A DNA stretch of 64,000 nt from NCBI GenBank assembly GCA_964187785.1, contig OZ076411.1, forward strand, positions 37,386,001 to 37,450,000, in the 5' to 3' direction. This document shows, one piece after another, positions 13,101 through 25,549 of the stretch. The position numbers and the translations under genes were made by a program. Numbering within the stretch: the first letter of the stretch is position 1; each line of letters starts with the position of its first letter. Origin of the DNA: Amphiscolops sp. MND2022. Taxonomy: Eukaryota. The notes under the pieces were generated by a model, which was not told the DNA's origin, searched no databases, and was given only the letters and a program-made list of their open reading frames with translations.

Positions 13101-16100
13101 CGCTATAAAAATTTGCGTTTTTATTTGGTGTAATTAACTTAGGCAGATGGGTACAGGAAATATGATGCGTGCAATGAAGGGTTCCCCTGTTTCGTGCTAA
13201 GATGGTCAGTGGTTTGTAAAGCATCAGGTTGCTTTGAGACTGGGCTTGAAGCTGATATTCTAATTACTTTCAAAGCCAAAATTAATCAACTGTGTATCAT
13301 TTCAGCGCGAGTGAAGGGGTTATCAGTTATGCGGACGAACCACAAGGGATTTCGATTGTCTTGGAAGTGCGATGCAATAAACAATCAACAGGGCCCCGAG
13401 GCTACAGGCGGGTCCCCCTCGACCCCACCTGAGACGCTGAAGCGGGCTAATCAATCGTCTGCAGGCAGCAGCTTGAAGCCTCTCTTCACCGGAGGAGATC
13501 AGCAACTGCAGCAGCCGCCGCCGCCGCCACTCAACAGCAACAACAAATTCCCCTCCAACAAAATTGTCTTCGAAATTAAGCTCATGTCTAAGGGACAACC
13601 CAGAATGCTCTACACCACGACTGCCACATCATTCGTCGTGCCAAGTACGCACCGCTTTTCCATATATGGTAATAAGGAGCAAGCTGGTTTCTATAAAAAG
13701 CGCCACTTGTGTCGTAAAACGCAAAGTTATATTGTTGCCCAACCCTGGAACAATACAGTTGCTTATACACAACCTCTCTCATGCATAAAAAGTGTTCAGA
13801 ATTTTTGGGCATAGTTCAAAAACGCAAGGTCATTATGATGAAATACTACCTTGATCTGATTTTCATGATAATACGTTTCTAGTGAACTCTTCTGTTGATA
13901 TATTTCTTAATCATGCTCTATAAAAGCTTTTTGTGACTGTTCCTTCAATCTTGTGAGGAACGTTGCGGATATTTAATTCATTGAGTGCGTTAATCAAGAT
14001 TCGATGAGTATAATTAGTCCTTATTATTTAAAAACGTCCGATAATGTATATATTGTTTACTTTTTCCACAGATGAAACGTCGGCGCTGGTATTCAGTCTA
14101 AAAGGATCCCATATGAAAGCATCTAAACAGGTGGATTTCAGACTCTTTCTTCTCAAATAAAAGCCGCTGATTTAATATTAATTTCAACAAATTTTTTGAA
14201 TTACTTTGATTTCTGATTTTTTGGCCGTCTCTTACGTCAACTTTAACATTGTTTTTCATCAACACTTGTCTTTACTTCAAGCAATCGTTAATTTGCGTAT
14301 GTTTTTCAAGCGTCTAACCTTCGTTTAGACTGGCGTACGTCTGGGGACACGAAAAAAGCATGCGGGTGTTTGTAAACATATGCCCCACCTAGGCGCCGTT
14401 TTCAATCTCTTGTCTTCTCAACAACGACAGGTGTCACTACCAAAGAATAGTTTCCATTGCTTGTTTGTCAATAATATTCTCTTCTTTAATTTAAAACGCT
14501 CAAAAAGCACAAATTGAGAATCAACAAAAAATAGTCTTCAAGATGACTTTGGCGCCCAAAATTCCCAAAAGCCGACTAATTTGAGATGCATGTTTGAGCA
14601 CCATCGAAAATCATGCGAACATAAAAGTTTTCATGCTTCGCAAGGTGACGCGGCAGACGTATCTTTGTTCGAAAAAAAAGGTATTGAGTAGCATTGTAAC
14701 TGCTTTAAAACTTCTCCGTTTTTAGACAGAAAAATCAACGCTGATTATTTTCAGGTTTGGAAGAAGGTTTCTGGAGTTTTCAAGTTTGCGTTGAAGGTGT
14801 CCGTGCCACGTGCAGCGAACAAATCACAACAGAAGTTTCGAGTAAGTGGTCCCCATTACTTTCTCTGTTCTTATTTTTACCTTTCTTCCATTGAAAACAG
14901 GGGATATTGCACCGTGGTGCGCAGCTGAACTTAGTTGAGAGAAAGGAATCGATTAATAAGAATACTTGCTTTTAACCGCCTTGCAGTTTCTGGGTATCAG
15001 TCAAGAGCACTCTGCAAGAACTGTTGCAGACAAATTAAAGACTTCGTTGGCTCTTAAAATTAAACACTTAGCCAACTTCCATATTTGGGGTTTCACGGTT
15101 CACCGTAAGCTCCCACTTCCTCATTTTTTGAAAAAGTCTCTTTCCATTGGTGATAAGGCTATAACCGGCCGCCTTTCATTGTTTTCCTGCAAGTTGAATT
15201 GAAAATTATTTCCCAAGGGAAGGAAATAGTACACTTTTATGATGTTATTTTTTGTCATATTATTGGTTTCGCTGTTTATATATTACAAATCAGGGTTTCA
15301 ATTGAACGCTTAGCTAATCAAAGAGCTCAGATGTTTGCATAATATGCAATAACCGAAAAAAGAACTATTCCAAGATTCAAGCATAACTAACCAACCCTGA
15401 TTCATATCTACTTCAATGTATAAAGATAACGTCAAGCAGGCTTAAATTGAAGTCTACCGGTCGACAAAAAGAAAATTTAGGGTTAAGTGAGGCTGAAATT
15501 TGACAAAATAACAACAAAGAATCTACACAAACACCGACAAAACCGGCACGTGTTCATTTTTGGTAATGGGAAAATTCGAATTTTTCGAACAATGAATCTC
15601 AGAGTTTTTTGAGTTATTTGAGTGATATAGCACATTCGAATTCACGCCGCGTTTGGTCTCTATATCCCTAAACTTTAGAAACCCAAAAGTTTTGAGACTT
15701 CTTGCTTCGGGAACCGAATTCTAAAGAAGTTTGTCCGTTTTTTCCAGGCAATGACTTGTATCAGTTAACATCTTTGGACTCCCGCCACTTCGCTGGGCTC
15801 ATTATCATAATCCTGACGATCATCGTGCTCATTGTGATCATTCTCATCCTCGCCATCTGGTGCATCAAACACAACATCAATGCCTCCAGGGGTCAAAAGG
15901 TCAAGTGGGCTCACCCTGCAGACCCTTACCACCAGTCGCCCTTCAACAACTTGGGGTACAAATCCTACAATACAAGTGAGTGTAATCTGGATTGTTTACA
16001 TAGCCTTTTCCCGCCAGCCAATCAGTCTATCAGTCTTAAACATAGGTTTCGATGGCGCGATTTATGAAATAAATAAAATTCAAGAGTCGAAAACTTTTTT

Positions 16101-19100
16101 AACTTGAAGAGTTCATACAGGTAATAGCAGGAATTCGTCTCAAACTTATTAGCACGTGTTTTAGTTGGTTGTGATCATCCAAAAAATCAAAGCTTAATTC
16201 CATTCAAGAATGGTTCAAAAGAAATATTTCGCGAATTTTTCTTTCTAAGAATTCGTCACCGGTGAAAACTTCTCAACTAACTGTCGTATAACAGAAAACA
16301 AAAAAAACAATAGAGTCAAAATATCAGACAGTCAAAATACCACTGATATTTTGTCCTCTGGTATTTTGTCCTGACGCCGTGAAACCAAACCACTCAGTGC
16401 GTGTAAATATGGAGTACCCATTTCAACCATTTTTAACCCCTGGAAATCTCCTCAATTTCACGGTTTTCTTTTCTTTTGACATTGCTCGTTCTTGACTAAC
16501 AAAAGATTTGGGATTCACTCCGCTACTTGTTATTGTGAAACCAAAATTGTTCTTGCAGTAATGAACAATGCTGGTATGTTTTTCACATTGACGTACTTTC
16601 TCCGTGTTGATCTAGGGTATTGTTCATTGTTCTGAGCGATGAAAACAATTATAAACAATACAATACATCTACTGTATGTTTCAGCTTATGCCATGCCTGC
16701 AACATTCTACACCGAGCAGAGGGGGTGGGGGGCAAGAGGAGGCTTGACTGATTACCCTGCGCAGATGCTGGAAGAATGGGAAGTTCAACAAATCCCATTG
16801 AACAGAATTGAATGGCTCAAAAATGACACACATTGTAGGTTTTTCATTTTTTTTCTCACAAACCCCCTCCCCATGTCTTGAATAATTAAACTGCACAACA
16901 ATTAAATAACTCTAAATTATCAGAGATAGACGTTAAGATTTTTTCAACTTCGGGTGTCACACAAAAAATGAGTAAATAAACAAGCTTTAATTTGTTTTTG
17001 CACGCAGTTTCTTTGGAAATAATGAACTTTGTCTTTAAATATTCATAATTTTTGCTCCATGGGAGTAAACTGTCTGTCCATAAGCATGTTGCTGTAGCCA
17101 CCCCAGACTAAGATATTACAAGATTCATTTAATTTATACAACTTATATTTGTACTTTTATGCAACCTCTAGAGGCCACTTTGTTAAAATTTCACTAACTT
17201 TTCAGACATTCAGTCTACAGACTTAATTGCCTCGAAACCTTTTAACTAAATCGAAATTTAATCTGCATCTTTTGGACTCCTCTTTGTAATTCCACTCGAA
17301 AAAAATGGGCTGCAAAATTGCAAGAAGACAATAAAAAAATTTTGAATTTTTATCTGCCTCGGAGCTGCAAACTTGGCTGTCTCGTGGAATTTTTGTGAAA
17401 ACATGAAGTCGAAAAAAAACGCATTCGAAACTTCACAGAATCATGAAAAAATTCTCCGCATATTAGATTAGGTTAAAAATGGTTCCAATTCCATTCCCGA
17501 TTTTCCTCCAAATTTCTGATGATTTTGAACCTATATCAAAGTGAATAAAATTTCAGGTGGAAAGTGTAAATTGCAACTTCTTAGACTCTTTGAAAAATAT
17601 CTCATCTGCCTATACCTGTGTGAACAAAAAATGACAGTGTGTCGTTGCATTAGTGATCCACAAGTGCTCTCGTCAGAGCTCACCTGTCGGGGTATAAGGC
17701 GCTCTAATACTGTGGTCAATCATTTTTCCATTTGGGGTATTGATTTTGGGCATCTCTCTAGACAGGTGTGCAACCTGGTTGCGTGGGGTCTTTTTTCACA
17801 CGCCCGAGATTTCTGATTAAGTGACAGAATGGGCTACAGCGGGGACAGCGGAGCCTGTCAATTCTGGGGGTGATCAATAATGGGGAAATTATATGCAGCA
17901 CTACTTCTCCATTGTTTATTATAATTTTTATCACTCCTCGTCTTTGCCTTTCAATGACAAAATAAGTCCGCTTAGCTACAAACAATAATACGTCGCGTGA
18001 TTGACAAGTGTTTCGTAAATATACACCTGAAAAGCCACCAAGATGGGAATTATTGTAACATTGAATTTCAAACATATGGAAAAGGAAAAGGGAGGTATGA
18101 ACAGTGGATGATTACACGCTTTTGTGTGTTTGTTCACGCAGCCAAGTCTAAGCTTATTTTGTCCATCATTTGTGTTTTTGTTCAGTTTTTGCGCAAACAG
18201 CATTTAAAAGTAAAAACTACTATAAGCTGGGTATAAACTGGTACTACTTTCGGATCCCAAATTCAGAGCGGAAAAATAACAGTCACCCAATATGTATTAT
18301 ATAACACCTGTACAACTGCATACATCGCCTATCCTGAAATGATTAATTTTCAAAAAGTGAGGTCTTTCATGCGCTTTTGTTTGTAAAACCAAACAATCGT
18401 AGATGAAAGTCTTTCCAATTACTTTTTTCTATTTGACACATTTGTTGATAAAAGAGTTCGGCGAAGCGATTCTGGTTGTGATGTATTATAAAAATTGTTT
18501 TTAAAAACAAGAAAACCTTTTTCTCGTTTTCCGTTTGAGCGAATCCTCATCCCTATCTTTGAAGCGACTGCTAACTTTTTATTGTCAATTTACGACTCAA
18601 GATCACTTTAGATACTCCGAGGCGTGTAATATGCTTCTAGTGTTCTCTACATTTCAAACGATGCAACTGCCTTTGACACTAGACAGCACAATTATTAAAG
18701 TGCACAACTTACTTGAGTGGGAAAAGTACTAAACAAAAATTGAGGTTCAAGAATTTAACTGACAGGCCTTTAACCGGGCAAGTTTCTTTATTGAACTTTT
18801 TAAAATAAGGCTGAAATTGGGTTAAGGTGATTTTTTTAACGCGGAACTAATTTCTTAAAATCTATTGAATTTAAACTCTATGTCGACCTATGAGCAAGTT
18901 TTATGTCTTAATGTCGGCATTCATTAGGGATTCAATTCATTAATTCACATTCGATTGAGTTGGTTTTTTAAGTGATTGGTTGAAAATCAATCTCGCATGA
19001 ATAACGATAGCTTCCTAATTGCTGTCATTCGTCACATACATTTAGTGTTTAACCAAATGTTACATGTTAGAGGAATAATACATGCAACCATTGATTCCCA

Positions 19101-22100
19101 ACTCATATAAATATCTAGAATCATTAATTTATTCATTCAAAATATGACAACTTGTAACTCGAATTATACAGGTTTCAAAAAATCACTATTGAATTCTGCT
19201 CCAAAAATATCAATATGTTGCATCAGTAATGCAGCATTACTTGGGGTATTTTTGTAAGCTTGTGTTTCCTGTAACCCTGTAAGTGGAAGTTTATTTTTCG
19301 AATCATCTGAAGAACTGAAAGGGTCACATTATGTTTAGCCAGTCCGAATGGTCTCCCTGACTTGTGTCCCGCACTGCTGAACGACCACATCTTCAACCAG
19401 TCATGTTTGATTCTGGTCAAAACTGCCGTTCCCAATAACTACCCCGACCTCGGAGTGGTGGCACACGAAGTGTCCACTTGCGCCCAGTTCCAACATCCCA
19501 ACGTCATATTCCTCTACGGCATTGCCCTCAGGGGTTGGTATGCCTAATGATGACGTCATTGATAGTCAAATACTGTACATTCGAGTAGAAAAATAGAAAA
19601 AATCGGTTTTTAGAATCAAAAATTGCATTTTTGAAATTTAGAATGGAAGAACATTTTTAAAATTGATAAAGTCATTGTTCATTTGCTTGAATAACGTTTC
19701 TTTGGGCGTATCATATCCAAAAAAGTCATGAGTAACTTGTATTTCTCTGCAATATAAAAACACGTAGTTTTGATTCGTTTTCAAATGAAAAACAATCTCC
19801 TGGTGTTAATATAATTCAAAACACTTCAGCGGCAAGACCAGAATGAAACTCCGTGGTAAAGTCATACAAATTGAGATGAAAGACTTTTGAACTTTGTATT
19901 TTTTTCTTACCATAACAAAGCAGAGGCGCCGACGCTGTCCTCTTGACTTGGGCAGGTGCGGACTAGAGCAGTTAACTAGAGCAGTGCGGACTATAGAGCA
20001 AATTTGCTCTTCTAGCGTCGAGGTGCAAACTTCTTTTCAAGTCGGATGCTGCGCGGCTTTGCTTTATTGGACAGCTCGGAGGTAGTTGAATGCAAGCGTT
20101 TTATTATTTATAGGTCCGGAAATGCTGATTTGTTTGGAATACACAGCCAAAGGTACGCTGGAAAGTGTCATTGCTCAGATGTGCTTGACTGGAGTGCAGA
20201 ACCGATACATAAAGGTGGCTCACCTCTTAAGGGGAATCGCCAGTGGCATGCAGTTCTTCTCAGATCTCGGATACGTGCACAAAGTACGTGAAATCATGCA
20301 GTTTTATGCCTCGAATGCTCTTGACGAGCTCTTTGAAAATCTTGAACTCTGTATTCGGTATTTCGGAAAACTTTAGAACTATCAAAGTTTCATCATTCGA
20401 ATGATCAACTATGAACAATTCAAGAATGAAATTATTTAACTGGCTCCAAAAGACATGCTAGTGGATTTCATTTTCAGCCATTTCGAACCCAGTATTGAAA
20501 AACGAATAGTAATTAGTTCAAACTTTGTTAAAATATGGATTTTTTCAATTTCTCTAATGAAATTGGCGCTTTTACTTTCTGAAAATGAAGCAAACTTCTC
20601 CAAACGAACAACAAGAGGAAGGGAAAACTATGGAAGTATTCACAATTTAAGTAATCTGTTGCTTTTTACAGGTGCTAAATGCAGAAAATGTGTACGTGAC
20701 GGAAGGCGATGTTTGCAAAATAGCTGGATTCGACACCAGAGCCGCCCTAGAAGCGGAAGAAGTAGAAAACAAAACCAGTGTGGTGAGTTTTATCCATCTT
20801 CCTCAAAACCTAAATTTATTTAAGGAAACACCTCCGAGACAAAAACGTATTTACCAGCTTTGTTCGATAACAACTCGAAAACTCGCTTTAAAAACCAAAA
20901 TCAGCACTGAACGGACTTGAATGAAAAATGGATCAAGCTCAATTCGAATAAAACCTTTTCAATTGTTTGGATATTAGAAGAACTTTCGAAAAAGTCTTCC
21001 CAACTTTTTGATGTTTGTTAATTGTGACAGTGAAGTTCTTGGGCATCCAAACAATATTCCGTTTCTTGTTTCAATGATTTCATGACATCATTTGTGAAAG
21101 CGCTCCACTTTAATATCAAGTATTTAGAAAATTTGGAGTTCGTCTATTCACGGATCTAAAGTATTTATTTACTTCAACTGGTGTCACTGCAGAAAGTTGG
21201 AAAGTTAGAGGTGATTTTTTGTTAGCAGTCTTCCTATTATTAGCGTTTCACCAAGTTCTCAATTCACGTTCCCCCGGTCATGTGGTTATTAGATAATAAA
21301 CGGTTCCCCCGGTCATGTGGTTATTAGATAATAAACGGTTTTTGACAGCAAATACTTTGAAGAACTTTTCAATAGAAGAGTGACAGCTTTTCATAATTGA
21401 GTTTATCTTGATCTAGAGTTTGAACCTCTATCTCTCTTCTTAACGTGAAATTATGTTGAGGAATTTCAAACGGATGCTTTCATCTTTTTATCATTATTCC
21501 CTCCCGCTATTAATCTTCTTTCAACGGTTCTCTCCCTTTTCTTAGGGACGAAAAACACTGCGAAAGAATTTTCTTTGTGCAATCGTCGCCATTGTTTTGA
21601 CTTAATTATTCACATTTTTCATCATATTTGCAAAGTACAAAGCACCATAAGTGCCGCATTTTTGCATCTTTCGACCATCTGCAATTGTTGCATAGCCGAG
21701 GCGTGAAAAAATTGGGACACCTGAACAAAATTAATGAACTGCATAAATATTCAACAATTCATTATCATGGAAATGCTAAACCACAAACGATAAATGATGG
21801 CCCGTAATTTTTGTCAATAGTTTCTGTTTTCTCTCCATTTCCCGTCTTGGCAGAGGAAAGAGTTTGTAGATAGCCACTAATTGCATTGTATTTGCACATA
21901 TCGAAAGTTCTCAGAAACAAATTATCTCCTGGAAGCGTTTTAATTGTGTGGCTACAGTACAATATTCAGGCGACGTTTGTTACAGTCACTTCCACATTTC
22001 AAATCATGTAAAAAATTGCTGAATTTTTCAAAAAATTATGCCAAGCTGCGATGTAGTCCAGATACTATTACATATCTAGCATGCCAGATCAATTGTAATG

Positions 22101-23945
22101 TGTATAACGGTTGTGCTAATTCAGCATTAGGCATAACAAGCCGGGAACGGCACGAGCCAGCGCCACTCCTAAGGCTCAAAAAGCGCAAAGTACGTCAAAT
22201 AGTTGAGAAACTTTTTTGAGAAAGCTCGCAAAATCTCAGAGTGCCGAAAATATTCCAAGGGAGACCCCTTTAGGCTTAAAAAGACTTTTCTATCTGAAAA
22301 TATTTAAAAACCAAAGCGAGAACCCTCATGTTGAAGAAAAAGACTTTCAAAAAAGTTGCACAGTGCCGAAAAACCCACATACAACTTTGAAATTCGAATA
22401 AAAATGAATGGGGCCCTCTGAACGCCGTTGGTCTTCTTTTGATATTAGGCTCATTATATAACTTGTTTTGGCCACTTCGAGCGGGTTGAAAAAAAAAGAA
22501 AAACCCTTCGAAAACCCACTTTATTAGTCGCGTTTCATTTCATGAAGAGTCGAAGAAATTCTTTTCAGACACCAAAATAAGAACAGTCTTTTCCTAAACA
22601 AGAGAGAGAGAGAGAGAGAGCAACACCCTGAAAGAAACTTAGATGCATCTGAACAGATCCGGATTAACCTCCATGAAAGAATAATAACCTCAGAATGTTT
22701 GAAATAATTTCGATATTTTTTGCAGATCTTTGATGCCCTGGTACCATGGCTGTCTCCGGAAGTGTGTGCTGGGTATGGCAACGTGGGGGCAAGACAATAT
22801 TCGCTCCTGTCTGACATCTGGTCTTTTGGGGTCCTCATGTGGGAATGCATCTCGGGAGAACGTCCTTTCTGGAATTGGACCCAGCAAGACGTGAGTAGTC
22901 CTCATACGGATATTCCCTAACCAATGCCATGGGAGCTTTCCTTTTCCACCATGAATATGTGGAAACTTTTAAACTGGATTGTGGAAATTTTGAAATGGAT
23001 TAATATTATATTATTTGAGGTGGTGTTTCAACTGATTTGAATAAATCAAGATATTCTGTTCGGTCCAGATTATCCGGTCAGTGACCTCTGGCTACCAGCT
23101 GCCGACCCCCAAAGACTGCCCCCAGAGTCTGAACCTAATCATGGCTACATGTGTGAATGGGGACCCCTCTCAGAGACAGTTCTTCGACAAGATCCTCACC
23201 AACCTCGAGAAGTTTATCAGCAATCCCACCAAGATGGAAGAGGCAGCCCTGAACTCTTCGTTCTTCAACCTCTATTCTTCGTAATTACTTCTAACGTAAC
23301 CACACTTGCTGTTTACAGCTGTATGGAAGCATTTGCTGACTCTTTAGCGTCGTTTTTATTCGGTGGTTTCGAACTAATGGAAAAAACGTTAACATAAACA
23401 ATTTGTGGTTTTTCAAGACTTCAATACCTCAAGTTTCTAACCGAATAGTAACAGGTTCAACAAAATAGCATTTTTGACATTTTTTAAATCAATTTTGGTG
23501 CTCATCTTACAAATTGTGCCATCAAGAGTCCGTAAATGTTCTTTCACGGCTGTATTTTAAACCAGACTTAGTTTTGGTATAAATTGATCTTTTTTGTAGG
23601 CTCGGTGAATGCAACTCCACAAAAGCCATGCTACCCGAAGGCAGATCCATGTTTACCACCAACACATCGGTGCAAGAGTGGCTGCAACATATAAAACTAG
23701 ACCATTGTGCACCCATGCTTCTGAAGGAGAACCGGAACTACCTGACGATAGGTGACGTTATGAGTATCGATTCCAAAACTCTCAAGTCCATGGGCATCAG
23801 TTCACAAGACCGGAAAGTGATGCTGAAAAGTCTGGAATCGATAGCTTTGGCTAGTGCCAGCGATGGGAACTTCCAAGCAGAAGGAAACAAAAACAATAAT
23901 GACAGCATTGTTGGGCTAACCAGTATAGCTCATAGCATTATTTAA
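1125..23945 (+). CDS. Eph: Eph-family receptor tyrosine kinase-like protein, predicted pseudokinase (15 exons in window, about 1096 aa; 5' signal-peptide exon not in window)
   Basis: GT-AG exons joined with consistent phases: 1125-1264, 6472-6623, 7217-7749, 8008-8182, 8325-8614, 13306-13644, 14755-14841, 15748-15975, 16685-16834, 19339-19533, 20114-20283, 20672-20782, 22726-22890, 23069-23280, 23600-23945 (stop). Motifs: LBD (W..YLVCD..KNWLKSPFI..KIEVK; KGLFLAIEDSGSC..CPET.SNLVVFPET), sushi/EGF (CECDPGF; CDRGTYK..CSSCPANS..CQCKPGYFR..PC), FN3 (LNWKAP..YRIHC..DLDPETSYVIDV), TM (FAGLIIIILTIIVLIVIILILAIWCI), kinase fold (QFQHPNVIFLYG; LRGIASGM; SDIWSFGVLMWE; GERPFW; GYQLPTPKDCP), SAM (SVQEWLQHIKL), C-terminus -HSII. 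Confidence 0.93.
2310..3474. repeat. 472-bp inverted repeat arms (2310-2781 and 3003-3474) flanking a 200-N assembly gap
   Basis: 3003-3474 is the reverse complement of 2310-2781, with two mismatches seen by eye. N run at 2782-2981. Confidence 0.9.
2782..2981. other. Assembly gap (200 N)
   Basis: Run of N in the sequence. Confidence 1.
3485..3558. repeat. Perfect 74-bp spacerless palindrome
   Basis: actaaacaatgttatcatttcccacgttgaatgtcag|ctgacattcaacgtgggaaatgataacattgtttagt; the two 37-nt arms are exact reverse complements. Confidence 0.95.
4298..4620 (-). mobile_element. Interspersed repeat family A copy (putative Helentron/DINE-1-like non-autonomous element), terminal motif eroded
   Basis: ccgggaacggcataattcagcgccatatctaaggctcaaaa..ggacttcaaagtgtc is shared with the copies at 22136, 26656 and, reverse-complemented, those ending at 26016 and 37153. 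Internal ggacccttt repeats. Confidence 0.65.
21269..21340. repeat. Perfect 35-bp tandem duplication in an Eph intron
   Basis: ttcccccggtcatgtggttattagataataaacgg x2. Confidence 0.95.
22136..22420 (-). mobile_element. Interspersed repeat family A copy
   Basis: ta|acaagccgggaacggcacgagccagcgccactcctaaggctcaaaa terminus. Inner boundary approximate. Confidence 0.65.
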
Positions 23946-25549
23946 TTCTAGCATCCGTTTATGTTACAACAACTTAAATAAATGTATACATGCGAAATTT
24001 GTTATCTTCCATCCAAATTATGGATACACTTTATACTACAATTCATTTTGTTCAGTGGCCAGAATTATTTTATAGCTTATAGTTTTATTTTCACTCATTT
24101 CAGTTGCCATGAATTCAAAGATAATTTTAAAAAATATGAAATTTTTTCATACCATATTGGAGGAACTATCTTAATTAGATAATGACTTTAGCAAACAAGT
24201 CACTAATTTCCATTTAGGCAAAGGTAAAACTTGTTCTTTGCGGTTTAGCGAGAGTGAATTTTTCGTCTTTATCTGTTTTTCTTCTACTGAAATAGATCCT
24301 TTTGCTGCGATAGTGGGAAGTGAAAATGTAAATAGCATTATGCGGACATGTGGATAATATTCCTTGTGGAAATCCAATTTTATGCTCAGGGATATGATGG
24401 ACCACGTCATAGCTTTGCCCCATATACAAACCTGCAACTTATATTAGAACTTACAACTTATAATTTGAATTGGTGTGGGGCGGAGAATGAAGATTGTAAT
24501 AATGTTGGATTAATGAATTGTGATATCACATTGCACTAAGTACCGATTAGTGCTTCCGAGCATACGAATACGGACGCAACCTATGCTACCCACAAAAATG
24601 TAGTCTTGAGTGTATATTTTACAATTAGACTAGTTGGAACGCAGGTGGAGGTAAAATCCATAAAAATTATAATGAGATAACATTGATTAGCTCAGGAAGA
24701 AGTCAATTTGAGATTACTTCAAACTTTTCCGTGTTAGCCTGTAAATTCATTTTCCACTAAAGTGCGCGTGCACATGGTTTTAGTTCAAGTCGTCTTTATG
24801 GGGATCTTTTGAATTAACGGCAATTTACTTGGTAAAATTTAATGACATCGCAGCGCCATTTATTGCAATAGGAAAAACTTGTTTGGCTTGATTTTAAAAA
24901 TCGCGATAATACTGGAGTAGATCGTAAAGATAATCAAACAACAACTAAAAAGCTTTATAATGTACATATTTTTGGATTATGGTTAATGGCGTACGTGTTT
25001 AAATTACTTGAATGTCAAACTAACCAATGCTACCTCAATTTGATTTCTGATATTTTGCGTTTTTAGAAAATTCCACTGAATACTCTATCTTTCTTTACTG
25101 TGCTATACTTTCTATTACGGAACCAGAAAAGGGCGTCAAAAAATTTGATTCTGTCCATGATTTAATTTTTAAAATTTTCTTGAGATATGGCCCAACCATT
25201 ACGAAGAATTTTAGAGTGGAATAATCTTCAAATAGCTCGATATTTGTGATACGATCGATCTCATTTTTCCTTTGCATAAATTACCAACACACGATTTCCA
25301 GTTGTGACGTTAAGAAACTTTTAAATTTTGTTAAACATCTTCCCTCAAAGTCCACCCTTTTCTTTGGTTTGTCGCATGAATCTCAAGAAGAGTTTCCTAA
25401 GAATCTATGTGAGACAAAGTTTTCGCTTGGCAGTTCTACCTCTTGCAAGGCTCAAACTTTCTTGCCTTTTTAGTCGGCACATTTTAGTAGAAAATGTGCC
25501 CGACTATTACAGTGGGTAGTTTTTTTTAGACACGAAAGGTCCACTTTTT

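Noticed and set aside
13645-13668. Alternative donor at 13668/13669 extending the FN3-2 exon by 8 codons
   Set aside because: Both donors are phase 1. The 13644 donor gives the better FN3 spacing (FVVPSLEEGFWSFQV). Cannot be decided without cDNA.
17758-18075. Possible GIY-YIG/Penelope remnant (SGVYLRNTC..) in an Eph intron
   Set aside because: Similarity is too weak and there is no supporting RT fragment nearby.
21269-21340. CRISPR-like 35-bp repeat
   Set aside because: Two abutting copies with no spacer, eukaryotic intron context, no cas genes.
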